From Bacillales bacterium UBA6877 (GTDB taxonomy: Bacteria > Bacillota_I > Bacilli_A > RFN20 > CAG-826): a stretch of DNA of 64,000 bases. The notes under the pieces were generated by a model that saw only the letters and a program-made list of their open reading frames with translations, was not told the origin of the DNA and did no database searches. The number at the start of each line of letters is the position of its first letter. The stretch's first letter is position 1. The position numbers and the translations under genes were made by a program. Below are positions 17,533 to 30,079 of the stretch, piece after piece. The DNA is taken from positions 75,448 through 139,447 of the forward strand of contig DKCJ01000015.1 of NCBI GenBank assembly GCA_002451465.1. The letters are read 5' to 3'.

Positions 17533-18726
17533 TTCTCTTACAAATTTATCAAATTCTTTAGCTTCATCAAGTGTTAAAAATTTAGCAAAGAAATATGTGT
17601 CACCCATATCATCACTTAATACTTTTGGATAAACTCCATACATACAAATATTATTTCGATATTTAACTAAAATTTCATCTTGAGTATGTTTATAATTGAA
17701 TCTATATCTACGAGATGAAGTTATTGCATAAAATTTTTGCTTTGTCATATCTTCACGATTTTCATCATATGCACAACTATCAGCATAAATATTGTAACAA
17801 GATACACTATTTGCAAAATTAATTAAATCAGGAGTATATCCGCCAGGTGCACGCATATTCGCCTCAAGTGCAACTAAAGATCCTTTTGGTCCAAATTTAG
17901 GACTATCTTTACTAGTTCTAAAAAACTCAATATGGAAAAATCTATTTTGAACATTAAAGGCTTTAACAACTTTTTGTCCAAGTTCCTTAAAATCATCAGG
18001 AACTTTTGGTAAACAATAATAAAATTCATCTAAATTATCGTTAACAATATCCGCTACTGATGGAGAAAATACTTCTGAATCATCAAAAATAACTTCTGCT
18101 TTACTATTAGTAATTCCATCATAACTTACAATTGTTCCATCAATAAATTCTTCAACAATATAATCACCACTTACTTTATTGTCAAAAAATTTAACAATAT
18201 CTTCTTCGTTTTTTATTTTAAAAGTATTTTGACTACCTACACCATTATTTGGTTTTGCAAAAATTGGATATCCAACATTTTTAGCAAATTCTTTAACTTT
18301 TTCTATATCATCTTTGGTATTTACTAAAATCCAACTAGCAACTTTCGCCCCAGCTTCTTCAAAATATTTCTTTTCTTGGCTTTTAAGTTTATATTTTTGA
18401 ATTTCATCATAGCGAATACCGTGTTTAACATTAAAATCTCTTCTAAGCATCGAATCTTTTTCAAGCCAATACTCATTCATTGATTCAAGAAAATCAATCT
18501 CTCCATACTTATCTTTAAAATATTGAACAGCACGTTTTTCGTTTTCGTAATCGTTCATATTAGCACAACAATAATATTCAGTTAGAGAATATCTGCATTG
18601 TTCAGGAATTTCATTATATGGAGCATCTCCAATTCCTAAAACATTAAAACCACGATTTTTAAGTGCAAGACACCATTTCCAATAAGAATCAGGGAAATGC
18701 GGTGAAATGAATATAAAGTTTTTCAT
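17524..18726 (-). CDS. ATP-grasp domain protein (carboxylate-amine ligase-like), function unknown
   Basis: 400 aa. GYPIFAKPNNGVGSQNTFKI, DYIVEEFIDG and ALEANMRAPGG blocks are typical of the ATP-grasp fold. No adjacent precursor-peptide ORF. Confidence 0.65.
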   Translation of the reverse strand: MKNFIFISPHFPDSYWKWCLALKNRGFNVLGIGDAPYNEIPEQCRYSLTEYYCCANMNDYENEKRAVQYFKDKYGEIDFLESMNEYWLEKDSMLRRDFNVKHGIRYDEIQKYKLKSQEKKYFEEAGAKVASWILVNTKDDIEKVKEFAKNVGYPIFAKPNNGVGSQNTFKIKNEEDIVKFFDNKVSGDYIVEEFIDGTIVSYDGITNSKAEVIFDDSEVFSPSVADIVNDNLDEFYYCLPKVPDDFKELGQKVVKAFNVQNRFFHIEFFRTSKDSPKFGPKGSLVALEANMRAPGGYTPDLINFANSVSCYNIYADSCAYDENREDMTKQKFYAITSSRRYRFNYKHTQDEILVKYRNNICMYGVYPKVLSDDMGDTYFFAKFLTLDEAKEFDKFVREKN

Positions 18727-18750
18727 AAGTACTCTCCCTATACTATTATT

Positions 18751-20608
<1,858 letters not shown>

Positions 20609-21469
20609 CTATTTAACAGCTTTACTTCCGTTTACAACTTCGGTAATTTCTTGAGTAATTTCTTGTTGACGCGCTTTGTTATATTCTAATTTAAGTTTAT
20701 CAACTAAATCTTTTGCACTTTTATCTGCAGCATCCATCGAATTTCTTCTACTAGATTCTTCACTTAAAAAAGCACTAAATAAATCTCCATAAATTAATGC
20801 ATTAATGTATTGAGGAATAATTTCATCAAGAACATCTTTTTTACTAGGTTCATAAATTGGTGAATATATAGCTTTTTCATTAACTTTTGGAATTATTGGT
20901 AAAAGGACATTTTCGGTAGGTATAAAAGCAATTGAGTTTTTATATTTCATAAAAACAATTGATATTTTTTTATACTTACCATTTTTATATTCGTTCATTA
21001 CGTAATCTGTTAAAACTCTTGTCGAACTAAGTGTTAAATCATTTCTTAAATGAATGAAATTTGTATTTAAAGGTAGGTTTTCATTAGTAAGATAATTAAA
21101 TCCCTTTTCACCAATTACAATAATTTCATCGCCATTTTTATATAAATTCTTCAAAAATTTAACAATTTCATTATTATAAGAACCACATAAACCCATATTT
21201 GAGCTAACAAGAATATAAAGTGATTTATCGCTACTTTTATTTTCTTTTACAAATATTGAATCATAATGATCATCAGTATTTAATTTATTATAAAAAATGG
21301 CGTCATTTAAAGCTCGTTCCATCGCACTAAAATAAAGCGCTTGGAGATTTATAACTTTATTCATTTTACGCAATTTTACACTACTTACTAATTTCATTGA
21401 ATTAGTGATTTTTCGTGTAGATTCAACCGCTGAGATACGGTGTTTTACTCTAGCTAAGCTTTGGGCCAC
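20609..21469 (-). CDS. atpG: F1 ATP synthase subunit gamma
   Basis: N-terminal [25 protein letters not shown] and C-terminal [19 protein letters not shown]. Confidence 0.9.
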   Translation of the reverse strand: MAQSLARVKHRISAVESTRKITNSMKLVSSVKLRKMNKVINLQALYFSAMERALNDAIFYNKLNTDDHYDSIFVKENKSSDKSLYILVSSNMGLCGSYNNEIVKFLKNLYKNGDEIIVIGEKGFNYLTNENLPLNTNFIHLRNDLTLSSTRVLTDYVMNEYKNGKYKKISIVFMKYKNSIAFIPTENVLLPIIPKVNEKAIYSPIYEPSKKDVLDEIIPQYINALIYGDLFSAFLSEESSRRNSMDAADKSAKDLVDKLKLEYNKARQQEITQEITEVVNGSKAVK

Positions 21470-22979
21470 TGGTTAAACTTCTTTCTTTTTTAAATTTTTC
21501 AATTACTTCACGTAAATGATCACGTTCAGGTTTTTTAATATCTTTAGTCTTTAAAATATTATCAATTATTTCATGGTCAAATTTTTCAATATAACTATAT
21601 AAATCATTTAAAAATGGTTTAACGTCTTTTACTACAAGATCATCTAAATAATCATTTTGGGCTGTAAATATTTCAATTACTTGTCTATCAACTTGATATG
21701 GATCATATTGTTTTTGTTTTAAAACTTCCATTAAAATTTCGCCATGATGAATAATTTTTTTAGTGCTTTCATCAAGATCACTACCAAATTGAGAGAAACT
21801 TTGAAGTTCTCTAAAATTTGCTAATTTCATTTTAAGAGAGGAAGTGACTTTCTTTTCGGCTTTAAATTGAGCTGCACTTCCAACACGAGAAACCGATAAA
21901 CCAGTATTTACTGCTGGTCTTTGACCAATATTAAATAAATCATCACTTAAAAAGATTTGTCCATCAGTAATTGATATAACATTTGTAGGAATATAGGCAC
22001 TAATATCTCCAGCTTGCGTTTCAACAATAGGTAGAGCAGTAATACTTCCACCAATTGATGGATCCAATCTACAACATCTTTCAAGTAATCTTGAATGTAA
22101 ATAGAAAATATCACCAGGATAAGCTTCTCTTCCTGGACTACGTTTTAAAAGTAATGATAATGTACGATAAGCAACAGCGTGTTTACTTAAATCATCAAAA
22201 ACAATTAAAACATCTTCTTTATTGTTACACCACTCTTCAGCCATAGTGATTCCAGCATATGGCGCTATATAAAGTAATGGAGCAATTTCACTAGCATTTG
22301 CGTTAATAACAGTTGTATAACTCATAGCATCACTTTGTATTAATTTTTCTACAATACGAGCTACACTACTATTTTTTTGTCCAATTGCGACATAAACACA
22401 TTTAACATTTTTGCCTTTTTGATTGATGATAGCATCAATTGCTATAGCAGTTTTTCCTGTTTGACGGTCACCGATAATAAGTTCACGTTGACCTTTACCA
22501 ATTGGAATAAGTCCGTCAATGACTTTAATACCAGTTTCAAGTGGTTCACTAACTGATTTTCTTTTCATAATTGAAGGGGCAATTTTTTCAATTGGTGAGG
22601 TTTTAGTATATTTAATTTCATCTCCACCATCGATTGGTTGTCCTAAAGCATTTACAACTCTTCCAAGTAAACAATCTCCTACTGGAACTTCAACAACTTT
22701 TCCAGTTCTTTTAACAATGTCACCTTCAACGATATTTTGTGTATCGCTTAATAAAACAACACCAACTGATTCTTCTTCTAAAGACATAACCATGCCATAA
22801 ACATCTTGAGGAAACACTAAAAGTTCACCAAGCATAGCATTATCTAAACCATAAACAAGAGCAATACCATCACCAATTGTAACAACTGTTCCAATATCAT
22901 TGCTATATTCAATTTTCTTATCAAAATGTTTAATTTCTTCTTTTATTAAAGATGAAATTTCCCTAGTTTTAATTTCCAT
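21450..22979 (-). CDS. atpA: F1 ATP synthase subunit alpha
   Basis: GDRQTGKT P-loop, [20 protein letters not shown], and ITDGQIFL. Confidence 0.95.
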   Translation of the reverse strand: MEIKTREISSLIKEEIKHFDKKIEYSNDIGTVVTIGDGIALVYGLDNAMLGELLVFPQDVYGMVMSLEEESVGVVLLSDTQNIVEGDIVKRTGKVVEVPVGDCLLGRVVNALGQPIDGGDEIKYTKTSPIEKIAPSIMKRKSVSEPLETGIKVIDGLIPIGKGQRELIIGDRQTGKTAIAIDAIINQKGKNVKCVYVAIGQKNSSVARIVEKLIQSDAMSYTTVINANASEIAPLLYIAPYAGITMAEEWCNNKEDVLIVFDDLSKHAVAYRTLSLLLKRSPGREAYPGDIFYLHSRLLERCCRLDPSIGGSITALPIVETQAGDISAYIPTNVISITDGQIFLSDDLFNIGQRPAVNTGLSVSRVGSAAQFKAEKKVTSSLKMKLANFRELQSFSQFGSDLDESTKKIIHHGEILMEVLKQKQYDPYQVDRQVIEIFTAQNDYLDDLVVKDVKPFLNDLYSYIEKFDHEIIDNILKTKDIKKPERDHLREVIEKFKKERSLTSGPKLS

Positions 22980-22981
22980 AC

Positions 22982-23518
22982 CTAGTTTCCTTTCTTTAGT
23001 AATGTTTCTTTTAAAGCATTAACTTTACTTAAAATAGAAGCATCATAAATGTCATTTTTTAAAACCACTTTTATACCACCAATAAGTGATTTATCTATAA
23101 CATTTTTTAAAACAACTTTCTTATGTGTATTTTTTTCAATTGCTAAACTAATTTTTTCAATATCCTTTTTAGTTAAAGGTATTGTTGAATAAATTGTTCC
23201 TTGTTCAATTAATAAATAATCATCAAATCTCATCAAAGTTTCTTTAAATATGCTATATAAAAAATATGCACGGTCATTTTTTAGAATCACTTTAATAAAA
23301 TTAATGATATTCTCTGAATAATATTTACTAAGTTCATCAATTAAATGATTTTTATCTTCAATAGAGATATTGTAGCTTGAAAATAATTTAATCAATCTTG
23401 GATTCTCTTTTAAAACCATTTTAAAAGAAAGAATTTCTTCACGATATTCTTTTACTTTATTTTCTTCTTTAGCAATATCAAGTAAAGCTAGAGCATAACG
23501 GTTATAAAGATCATTCAT
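22982..23518 (-). CDS. atpH: F1 ATP synthase subunit delta (OSCP)
   Basis: 178 aa. N-terminal [12 protein letters not shown] and C-terminal [18 protein letters not shown]. Confidence 0.85.
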   Translation of the reverse strand: MNDLYNRYALALLDIAKEENKVKEYREEILSFKMVLKENPRLIKLFSSYNISIEDKNHLIDELSKYYSENIINFIKVILKNDRAYFLYSIFKETLMRFDDYLLIEQGTIYSTIPLTKKDIEKISLAIEKNTHKKVVLKNVIDKSLIGGIKVVLKNDIYDASILSKVNALKETLLKKGN

Positions 23519-24135
23519 TACTTAACCTCGTTTTTACTATTAGACTCATTAAGAGTCGAAACAAAATCTTCAACAATTTTTTTATTATCATCTTCATTAA
23601 CTTCACGCGATAAAACTTGTTTAGAAGCATCAAGAGCAATTGAAACAATTGATCTTTCAATATCTTTTTGAGCTTTTTCTTCTTGAAGTTTTATGTCTTC
23701 TTCAGATTTAGCTTTTAATTTAATGATATCTTCATTAGTTTTATCTAAAATCTTCTTTCTTTCAATATTGGCTTCATTTTTAGCGTTATCGATAATATTT
23801 GCTGCTTCTTTTTTTGATTCAGCAATTTTTCTTTCTGCTTCTTCAAGCTTCATTTTTGAAAGAGCATTATTTTTATTAGCGTCTTTTACTTCGTTTGCTA
23901 AATATTCACTTCTCTTATCTAAATAATTTCTTATAGGTTTATATGCAAAAACACTAACTAGGACAATTAAAACAATAAGTGCTAAAAATTGAGTTAAAAA
24001 AGCCCAAAAGTTAGGAACTAAAGCATCAATTATTGAAGTCTTAAAGCTCTCTCCTAAATTTGTTGTATCACATGAAGAAAGTAAAAAAAGACATCCAATA
24101 AAACTTAAAAGTAATATTGCTTTTTTATTTTTCAT
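23518..24135 (-). CDS. atpF: Fo ATP synthase subunit b with an N-terminal lipoprotein signal
   Basis: Signal peptide with lipobox LLSSC (MKNKKAILLLSFIGCLFLLSSCDT), then a TM helix and a long K/E-rich coiled coil. Confidence 0.8.
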   Translation of the reverse strand: MKNKKAILLLSFIGCLFLLSSCDTTNLGESFKTSIIDALVPNFWAFLTQFLALIVLIVLVSVFAYKPIRNYLDKRSEYLANEVKDANKNNALSKMKLEEAERKIAESKKEAANIIDNAKNEANIERKKILDKTNEDIIKLKAKSEEDIKLQEEKAQKDIERSIVSIALDASKQVLSREVNEDDNKKIVEDFVSTLNESNSKNEVK

Positions 24136-24168
24136 ATAAACTCCTTTCTTTTTAAAATTTGAATAAAA

Positions 24169-24390
24169 TTAGTGAACAAATAACATTAAAATTGACATTA
24201 ATAAACAATAAATAGCTGTTGTTTCAACAAGTGAACATCCAAGAATCATAGCTGTTCTAAGTTTAGCATACATTTCTGGATTTCTTGACATACCATCAAT
24301 TGCTTTTCCACAAAGCCATGCTTCGCCAAGAGCGTTTCCAGATGTTGCAAGCATACAAATTCCAATTCCAATATAGTATAAATATTCCAT
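24169..24390 (-). CDS. atpE: Fo ATP synthase subunit c
   Basis: 73 aa hairpin with an RNPE loop and the carboxylate motif LVETTAIY in helix 2. Confidence 0.9.
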   Translation of the reverse strand: MEYLYYIGIGICMLATSGNALGEAWLCGKAIDGMSRNPEMYAKLRTAMILGCSLVETTAIYCLLMSILMLFVH

Positions 24391-24412
24391 AAATAACTCC
24401 TTTCTATATTGA

Positions 24413-25195
24413 TTAATAAGATGTAACTTCTTCTATAATTTGATTGTCATCTTCAGAAGCTTGTTCTTGAGAGACATAAATTAAAGTTAATATTGAGAAA
24501 ACTAAAGTTTGGATAAAACCGCTAAATAAATCAAAGTAAAGATGTAAAACTGGTGTAATAATTGGCGCTATAAATATTGATTGCACACCGATTGCACCAG
24601 TAATCATATCTCCAGTAAATATAAAATTACTTAAAGTTTCAAGGCTATAATAAACAATATTCATAATACAAAAACCACTTATTGCGTTACCAAATAAACG
24701 GAAAGTAAGGGCAAGAGTTGGAGCCCACATCGAAATTAAGTTTATTGGTAAAAATACTGCAACTGGTTCAACGTATCTTTTAAAATATCCCCATCTATTT
24801 TCTTTAATAGCTGTGTAATGCACTTGAGAAAAAGTAATTAAAGCTAAAGAAAGAGGTGTCGCAAGATAAACAATTGGGGAAGGTAAACCAGTTAAGCTTA
24901 TAATAAATGAAATAAATATATAAGGAGCAATAACTAAAATAATACGAGTAAAATTTCGATATTTTTTATCCATAATTGAGAGAGTCAATCCATCAATTAA
25001 TTGGAAAAATAATATTCCAATTAAGAATAATCCTTTAGGTTTTTCATCTATTTTAGCTTTTTTAGCTTTATGCCCAATTATTAAAAAAATAATCAAAACT
25101 AAGAGCATTACTAAAAGCGACACAAAAAGTTGCGGACTAAATTCTAAATTAAACATTTCATTAATTTTATCGTTTACTGTTTTTGCAAATATCAT
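24413..25195 (-). CDS. atpB: Fo ATP synthase subunit a
   Basis: Polytopic. Conserved LTFRLFGNAISG with the essential Arg. Confidence 0.9.
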   Translation of the reverse strand: MIFAKTVNDKINEMFNLEFSPQLFVSLLVMLLVLIIFLIIGHKAKKAKIDEKPKGLFLIGILFFQLIDGLTLSIMDKKYRNFTRIILVIAPYIFISFIISLTGLPSPIVYLATPLSLALITFSQVHYTAIKENRWGYFKRYVEPVAVFLPINLISMWAPTLALTFRLFGNAISGFCIMNIVYYSLETLSNFIFTGDMITGAIGVQSIFIAPIITPVLHLYFDLFSGFIQTLVFSILTLIYVSQEQASEDDNQIIEEVTSY

Positions 25196-25196
25196 C

Positions 25197-25604
25197 TTAT
25201 TCTCCTAATTTTGAATAAAAATTAAATGATCCAATTGCTAAAAAATAAGGAACTAAACTAATTAAAATAAAAAGCATCCTATATTTAGAATCAAACATTG
25301 CATTTTTTGTAAATAATAAGCATAAAGTAGCAAAAGTAAGGGACAATATAGCAATTAAAGTTCTTAAAACCGTAAAAATAGCCACATTTTTACCTTTAGC
25401 TAAAATTTTTGTTTTTGGATCAGCTCCAAAATAAAGAATTAATAATAAATAAAACAAATTTACAAAAGATGTAACACTTAAAATCATAGTTACTTCATAA
25501 CAATTTATAAGTAAAAACAACAAAGAAATTGCTATTAAAATTAAGCAAATAACACTATAACTTATAAAAGTACTTTTCTTTGTTTTAAATAAGTTTTTCA
25601 TCAA
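25197..25604 (-). CDS. atpI: AtpI-like small membrane protein at the head of the atp operon
   Basis: 135 aa with four hydrophobic helices, 1 nt upstream of atpB. The assignment rests on position only. Confidence 0.5.
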   Translation of the reverse strand: MMKNLFKTKKSTFISYSVICLILIAISLLFLLINCYEVTMILSVTSFVNLFYLLLILYFGADPKTKILAKGKNVAIFTVLRTLIAILSLTFATLCLLFTKNAMFDSKYRMLFILISLVPYFLAIGSFNFYSKLGE

Positions 25605-25613
25605 TAATTCCTT

Positions 25614-26519
25614 TTAAATCTTTTTTACAGGTTCTACACCAATAAGTTCAACTTTATTAGGTTGGACGAGAATTTTAGAATTTTGTAATTCTTTAACAAT
25701 TCTTTCATTTAAGCTATACAAAATTCCCCAATAATCATTTGTACCAGATGTGCAAACCAAAGAATATATTACACCATTTTTGTCTAAACTTGTAATATTA
25801 ACCGTAGGTTCTGGGTATTTTAAAACTTGTTTTTCCTTTTTTGCAAGATTTAACAAAAGTTTTCTAATCACATCAGGTTTCTCTAAATAAGAAAATGTTA
25901 AATCTATTCTTACTAATCTATATGGATTAACACTATAATTTGTGATAACACTTTTTATAATTGCTGAATTTGAAATAATAACTTTTTGTCCAGTATATGT
26001 TTTTAATGTGGTAAATATAAAACGTACTGTTTGCACTTCACCTTCAGCACAATCTTTAACACTAATATAATCGCCAATTGCAAAATATTTACCACTCAAA
26101 ATAATTAAACCACTTACAAAATTACCGATTAAATCTTGAAGTGATAAACCAATCGCAATTATTGCACTACTAAAAACAGTACTTGCTCCAGACATCTCAA
26201 TTCTTAATATTTTTAAAATAATTACTAAATCTATTAAATAAAGAAAAACTTTTAAAACATCTAAAACAAAGGATTTAACAGTAATAACTCCTTTTTCCTT
26301 CTTTCCAAGTTTCATAGCTTTTCTTAATATAGCTAAAATAAGTTTTATTAAAAAATATCCAAGAATTAACCATATAAGAGCGGCTAAAGCATTATAGATA
26401 TATGGAGCATCTCCACTTTCGCTTGTAAACCAAAATTTAAATATAGAATCCCATAAATCTTTAAAGAATTGTTTTGCGTCTGTTAACATTAATAAAATCA
26501 TACAAAAATATGATAACAA
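25614..26519 (-). CDS. mscS: Small-conductance mechanosensitive channel (MscS family)
   Basis: TM3-beta domain block LQDLIGNFVSGLIILSGKYFAIGDYISV...GEVQTVRFIFTTLKTYTGQKVIISNSAI. The exact start is uncertain. Confidence 0.8.
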   Translation of the reverse strand: MLSYFCMILLMLTDAKQFFKDLWDSIFKFWFTSESGDAPYIYNALAALIWLILGYFLIKLILAILRKAMKLGKKEKGVITVKSFVLDVLKVFLYLIDLVIILKILRIEMSGASTVFSSAIIAIGLSLQDLIGNFVSGLIILSGKYFAIGDYISVKDCAEGEVQTVRFIFTTLKTYTGQKVIISNSAIIKSVITNYSVNPYRLVRIDLTFSYLEKPDVIRKLLLNLAKKEKQVLKYPEPTVNITSLDKNGVIYSLVCTSGTNDYWGILYSLNERIVKELQNSKILVQPNKVELIGVEPVKKI

Positions 26520-26659
26520 CTTTTCTTTTATTTTTAAATATTATAATATTTAATATATCTGATTCTTAGAGAATAATAATCAATATATTTGAATTATTTT
26601 TAATAACTTTATAAATTTAAAATCTTTATATGAATAGATGTTTATGTGAAAGGAGTTTT

Positions 26660-28297
26660 ATGTCGTTCAAAATTCAAGTAAATGGTAAAGAATTAACTTT
26701 CGAAAAAAAAGTTAAATTAAGTGATCTCACAAATGGTAATACTGATTATATTGCTGCTAAGGTTAATAATCGAGTCCGCGAACTCGATTATGAAGTTTAT
26801 TATGATGCAACAGTTGATTTTTTAACATTAAAGGATAGCTGCGCAATTGGTCAATATAGAAGAAGTTTATTATTTATATTCTTATATGCTGCCCATCTTG
26901 TTTGTCCTGATTTAAGAATGAAACTATCATATAGTGTCTCTCGTTCTTTATTTGCACGAGATGCAAATGGTACACCAATTCCATACGATGTTTGTAATAA
27001 AATTGAAAAGAAAATGCAAGAAATTGTTTCTGCAAATTATCCATTTGAAAAAATAATTGTAACAAACGAGGAAGCCGAAAAAGTTTATAGGGATTTTAAT
27101 CTTATAGATAAAATTGAAATTTTAAAATATCGTCCAGAAAAAACTGTACATTTTTATGTTTGTAACGGTTATAAAAATTATCTTTTTGGACACATGGTTC
27201 CATCAACTGGATATATTAAAAAATTCAAATTAAGAAATTATTATCCTGGTATTTTAATTTCTTATCCAAGAGCTGAATCAAATGGTGAAATACCTCCATT
27301 TACTGAGGAACCAAATTTTGCAAAAAGTTTAACAGAATCTGGACAATGGGCTAAAAAGGTAAATCTTGGATTAGTTAGTGATATCAATAACATGATTAAA
27401 ACACCAACTGCAGCGAATTTAATAAACATTTGTGAAGATAAACATTATAGAATGCTTGTCCATTTAGGCGATATAATCGAGAAACAAATCGAAGATACAC
27501 GTCTTATTTGTATTGCAGGTCCATCATCATCTGGAAAAACAACTTTTGCCAATCGTTTATGCGATGAATTAAAATCTAGGGGATTTAATCCAATTAGAAT
27601 ATCACTAGATGACTATTACTTTTCAAAAGATAAAATGCCCGTCGATGAAAATGGACAATTAGACTTTGAACACATTGATTGTTTAGACATTAAGTTATTT
27701 AATGAAAATATGATTGATCTTTTAAATGGAAAAGAAGTTAATCTTCCAAAATTTGATTTTAAAGTTAATAAAAGAGAAGTTGGTAGAACACTAAAAATAT
27801 CATCAAAAGATCCAATCATTGTTGAAGGAATTCATGCCTTAAATGAAAAAATGACCAACCTTATTCCAAAAAATAATAAGTTCAAGATATTTATTTCTCC
27901 ACAAGTTCAATTAAATCTCGATTACGAAAATCCTATTTCGATAACAGATGTTCGTCTTTTAAGACGTTTGGTTCGCGATTTTAAATATCGTGAAGCACCT
28001 GCAGAAGAAACATTTTCAATGTGGCCAAGCGTAAGAAAAGGTGAATTTAGATGGATTTATAAAACTCAAGAAGATGCCGATTATGTTTTTGATAGCTTCT
28101 TACCTTATGAAATTTCCGTCCTTAAAAAATATGCTATTCCACTTTTAAAGAGTGTCGATAAAGACTCAATTTATTATCCAGATGTTGAGCGACTTACAAG
28201 ATTAATAAAATATTTTAAAAATATTGATGACACAAGATGCATTCCATGTAATTCATTAATTTGTGAATTTATTGGTGGAAGCAGCTACGAAGAATAA
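26660..28297 (+). CDS. TGS-domain / uridine kinase-family nucleoside kinase fusion protein
   Basis: N-terminal ThrRS-like TGS block (MSFKIQVNGKELTFEK...AAKVNNRVRELD). P-loop CIAGPSSSGKTTFANRL, then IVEGIHALN. The AGGAG RBS supports the ATG at 26660 over the track start at 26630. Confidence 0.75.
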   Translation: MSFKIQVNGKELTFEKKVKLSDLTNGNTDYIAAKVNNRVRELDYEVYYDATVDFLTLKDSCAIGQYRRSLLFIFLYAAHLVCPDLRMKLSYSVSRSLFARDANGTPIPYDVCNKIEKKMQEIVSANYPFEKIIVTNEEAEKVYRDFNLIDKIEILKYRPEKTVHFYVCNGYKNYLFGHMVPSTGYIKKFKLRNYYPGILISYPRAESNGEIPPFTEEPNFAKSLTESGQWAKKVNLGLVSDINNMIKTPTAANLINICEDKHYRMLVHLGDIIEKQIEDTRLICIAGPSSSGKTTFANRLCDELKSRGFNPIRISLDDYYFSKDKMPVDENGQLDFEHIDCLDIKLFNENMIDLLNGKEVNLPKFDFKVNKREVGRTLKISSKDPIIVEGIHALNEKMTNLIPKNNKFKIFISPQVQLNLDYENPISITDVRLLRRLVRDFKYREAPAEETFSMWPSVRKGEFRWIYKTQEDADYVFDSFLPYEISVLKKYAIPLLKSVDKDSIYYPDVERLTRLIKYFKNIDDTRCIPCNSLICEFIGGSSYEE

Positions 28298-28299
28298 AT

Positions 28300-29439
28300 C
28301 TATTTATTTTCATCGATTTTCTTATTTTGAAGATTCCTTGATTGTAAAATCAGGAATCTTTTTTTAATGTCATCATATATAGCTAAAAGTTGTTTCATAT
28401 AAACTTTTTTTAAATTTTCGTAAGCAATAAAATCTTTTTCAGAAGAATAATTTTTAAAATGTGCTTCAAAAATTTGTTCTAATCTAAAGAAAGATTCATA
28501 TAAATTAATTAGTGTTATAGGCATAAAATATCTTTTATCAGATAAAAGAAGTAATGGCGATGAATGAGCAATTTCACTGCACATTTCATATACTTTTGCA
28601 TAACTTGAAAGACCTGCAGCCTTTTCAACACCATCTCTAAAATTCAATTTATATTGATCTTCTTCAAAATTTTTTATTGTATATAAATATCCATATTCGA
28701 TAAATTTTTTCATATCTTTGCTCTTTAAATTATGAGCTTTCATTTCTTCTTTTATTTGCACAAAAATTTTATCTTGTTCTTCTTGTTTTAATTGATGCCT
28801 ATAAGCTAAAACATAACTTATATGCTTAAAATATTCATCAAACATAGGTTTACCATATTTAATTAAGCAAATCAAAATCGACTCATTTTCATGAAGAGTT
28901 CTCCATGTTGAAAATGCCTCAGTCTCATATCCACCAAGAAGTAAATCCGTAATACATTTAGATAAAGAAAAAGCCTTAAAAAGCATACGTTTAACAAGTT
29001 CGCTTTTTTGATCTTTAACTCGAATTTGATTAATTGTATTTAACGTAAAATTTAAATATAAACTTAAAGTTGAAATAGGTGGTTCAAATCTATTTAAAAA
29101 AGTTTTCGATTTATAATTAAGTTGCTCATTTGTTAAATATTTATCGCAACAAACTGATGCAAGCATACTAGACATATCATCATCATTCATGAAATCTTCT
29201 TTTTTCTCTTTTGGAAGATTATTAACACTATAAAGAAATTCATTAATGATATATAAAATTACCACAACATTATTAACTGGTATGAATTTAAAATTAGCAA
29301 CATTTGAAATAACAAGATCAATAGCATCTATAACTGCATCATAAATATCATAAAGATATTTAATATCAATATCTTTAGGGGCGTTTAACTCATTTAAGAT
29401 TTCCTCAAAATTTTGTCTAGTTAGTTTTTTCGTCTTCAT
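28300..29439 (-). CDS. Hypothetical alpha-helical protein, last gene of the addBA string (possibly DUF5677-like)
   Basis: 379 aa with no catalytic or P-loop motif. The blocks FSTWRTLHENESILICLIKYG and YEMCSEIAHSSPLLL recall DUF5677, from memory only. The start overlaps the upstream ORF by 23 nt and has an AGAGGAA RBS. Confidence 0.55.
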   Translation of the reverse strand: MKTKKLTRQNFEEILNELNAPKDIDIKYLYDIYDAVIDAIDLVISNVANFKFIPVNNVVVILYIINEFLYSVNNLPKEKKEDFMNDDDMSSMLASVCCDKYLTNEQLNYKSKTFLNRFEPPISTLSLYLNFTLNTINQIRVKDQKSELVKRMLFKAFSLSKCITDLLLGGYETEAFSTWRTLHENESILICLIKYGKPMFDEYFKHISYVLAYRHQLKQEEQDKIFVQIKEEMKAHNLKSKDMKKFIEYGYLYTIKNFEEDQYKLNFRDGVEKAAGLSSYAKVYEMCSEIAHSSPLLLLSDKRYFMPITLINLYESFFRLEQIFEAHFKNYSSEKDFIAYENLKKVYMKQLLAIYDDIKKRFLILQSRNLQNKKIDENK

Positions 29440-30079
29440 CTATTTCCTCTAATTCAACATCATTTTTATTAGCTATCTCTATTAAAGATTCAATAAGGTC
29501 TTTTTCAATACCTCTCCTATAATAAATTTTTTCTAATATATGACAATCATAGCACATATTAACTAATTTATCTTTTGAAATAATGAGAATTGATTCACCA
29601 ATATTTCCAGCGACCAAACTTTTTATTAAATCAACTCCACATTCATTGAGTTTACTCTTATCAATATTAAGTAAACGATAAGGAATTTTATGAAAAATAT
29701 TTGCGACAAAATTATGATATGCACTTAATTCAATTTTTGAAAAATTATATTCCACATAAAATAAAGTCTCTTTATCAAAATCACAATGATTATATAAATT
29801 TAAAACTGCTAAATCTTTACTTGTTTCATTTATAGTTTTGCATTCTTCCTCACTAAAATCTTGAGATGCATTCATATTTACTGAGCTAAATAGTAAAACA
29901 TTATCAAAAAGAGCCTCTATAAAAGGATAGTGAATTAATCCTTCACTATCCTTCATATAATCAATATTGCCTTTAACAAAAAATTTATTCTCTATCCAAA
30001 GCCTTTTTTTATTTATTGCCTCAATTGCTTCTTCTCTAGTCCCACAATATAAATCTTCAATTAATTTAACTTCATTCAT
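29417..30079 (-). CDS. Hypothetical protein translationally coupled to addA
   Basis: About 220 aa with an acidic tail (DVELEEIDEDEKTN). Its ATG overlaps the addA stop (ATGAATGA) and is preceded by an AGAGGTG RBS. No recognisable domain. Confidence 0.55.
   Translation of the reverse strand: MNEVKLIEDLYCGTREEAIEAINKKRLWIENKFFVKGNIDYMKDSEGLIHYPFIEALFDNVLLFSSVNMNASQDFSEEECKTINETSKDLAVLNLYNHCDFDKETLFYVEYNFSKIELSAYHNFVANIFHKIPYRLLNIDKSKLNECGVDLIKSLVAGNIGESILIISKDKLVNMCYDCHILEKIYYRRGIEKDLIESLIEIANKNDVELEEIDEDEKTN

Noticed and set aside
26520-26659. Intergenic region upstream of the TGS-uridine kinase gene, and the other gaps of about 100-150 nt (14578-14725, 52655-52733), inspected for riboswitch, T-box or small-ORF signals
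   Set aside because: I could find no conserved riboswitch cores, no specifier/T-box sequence (AGAGA...GGUGNRA-type) and no stable extended stem-loops. They look like plain AT-rich divergent promoter regions.
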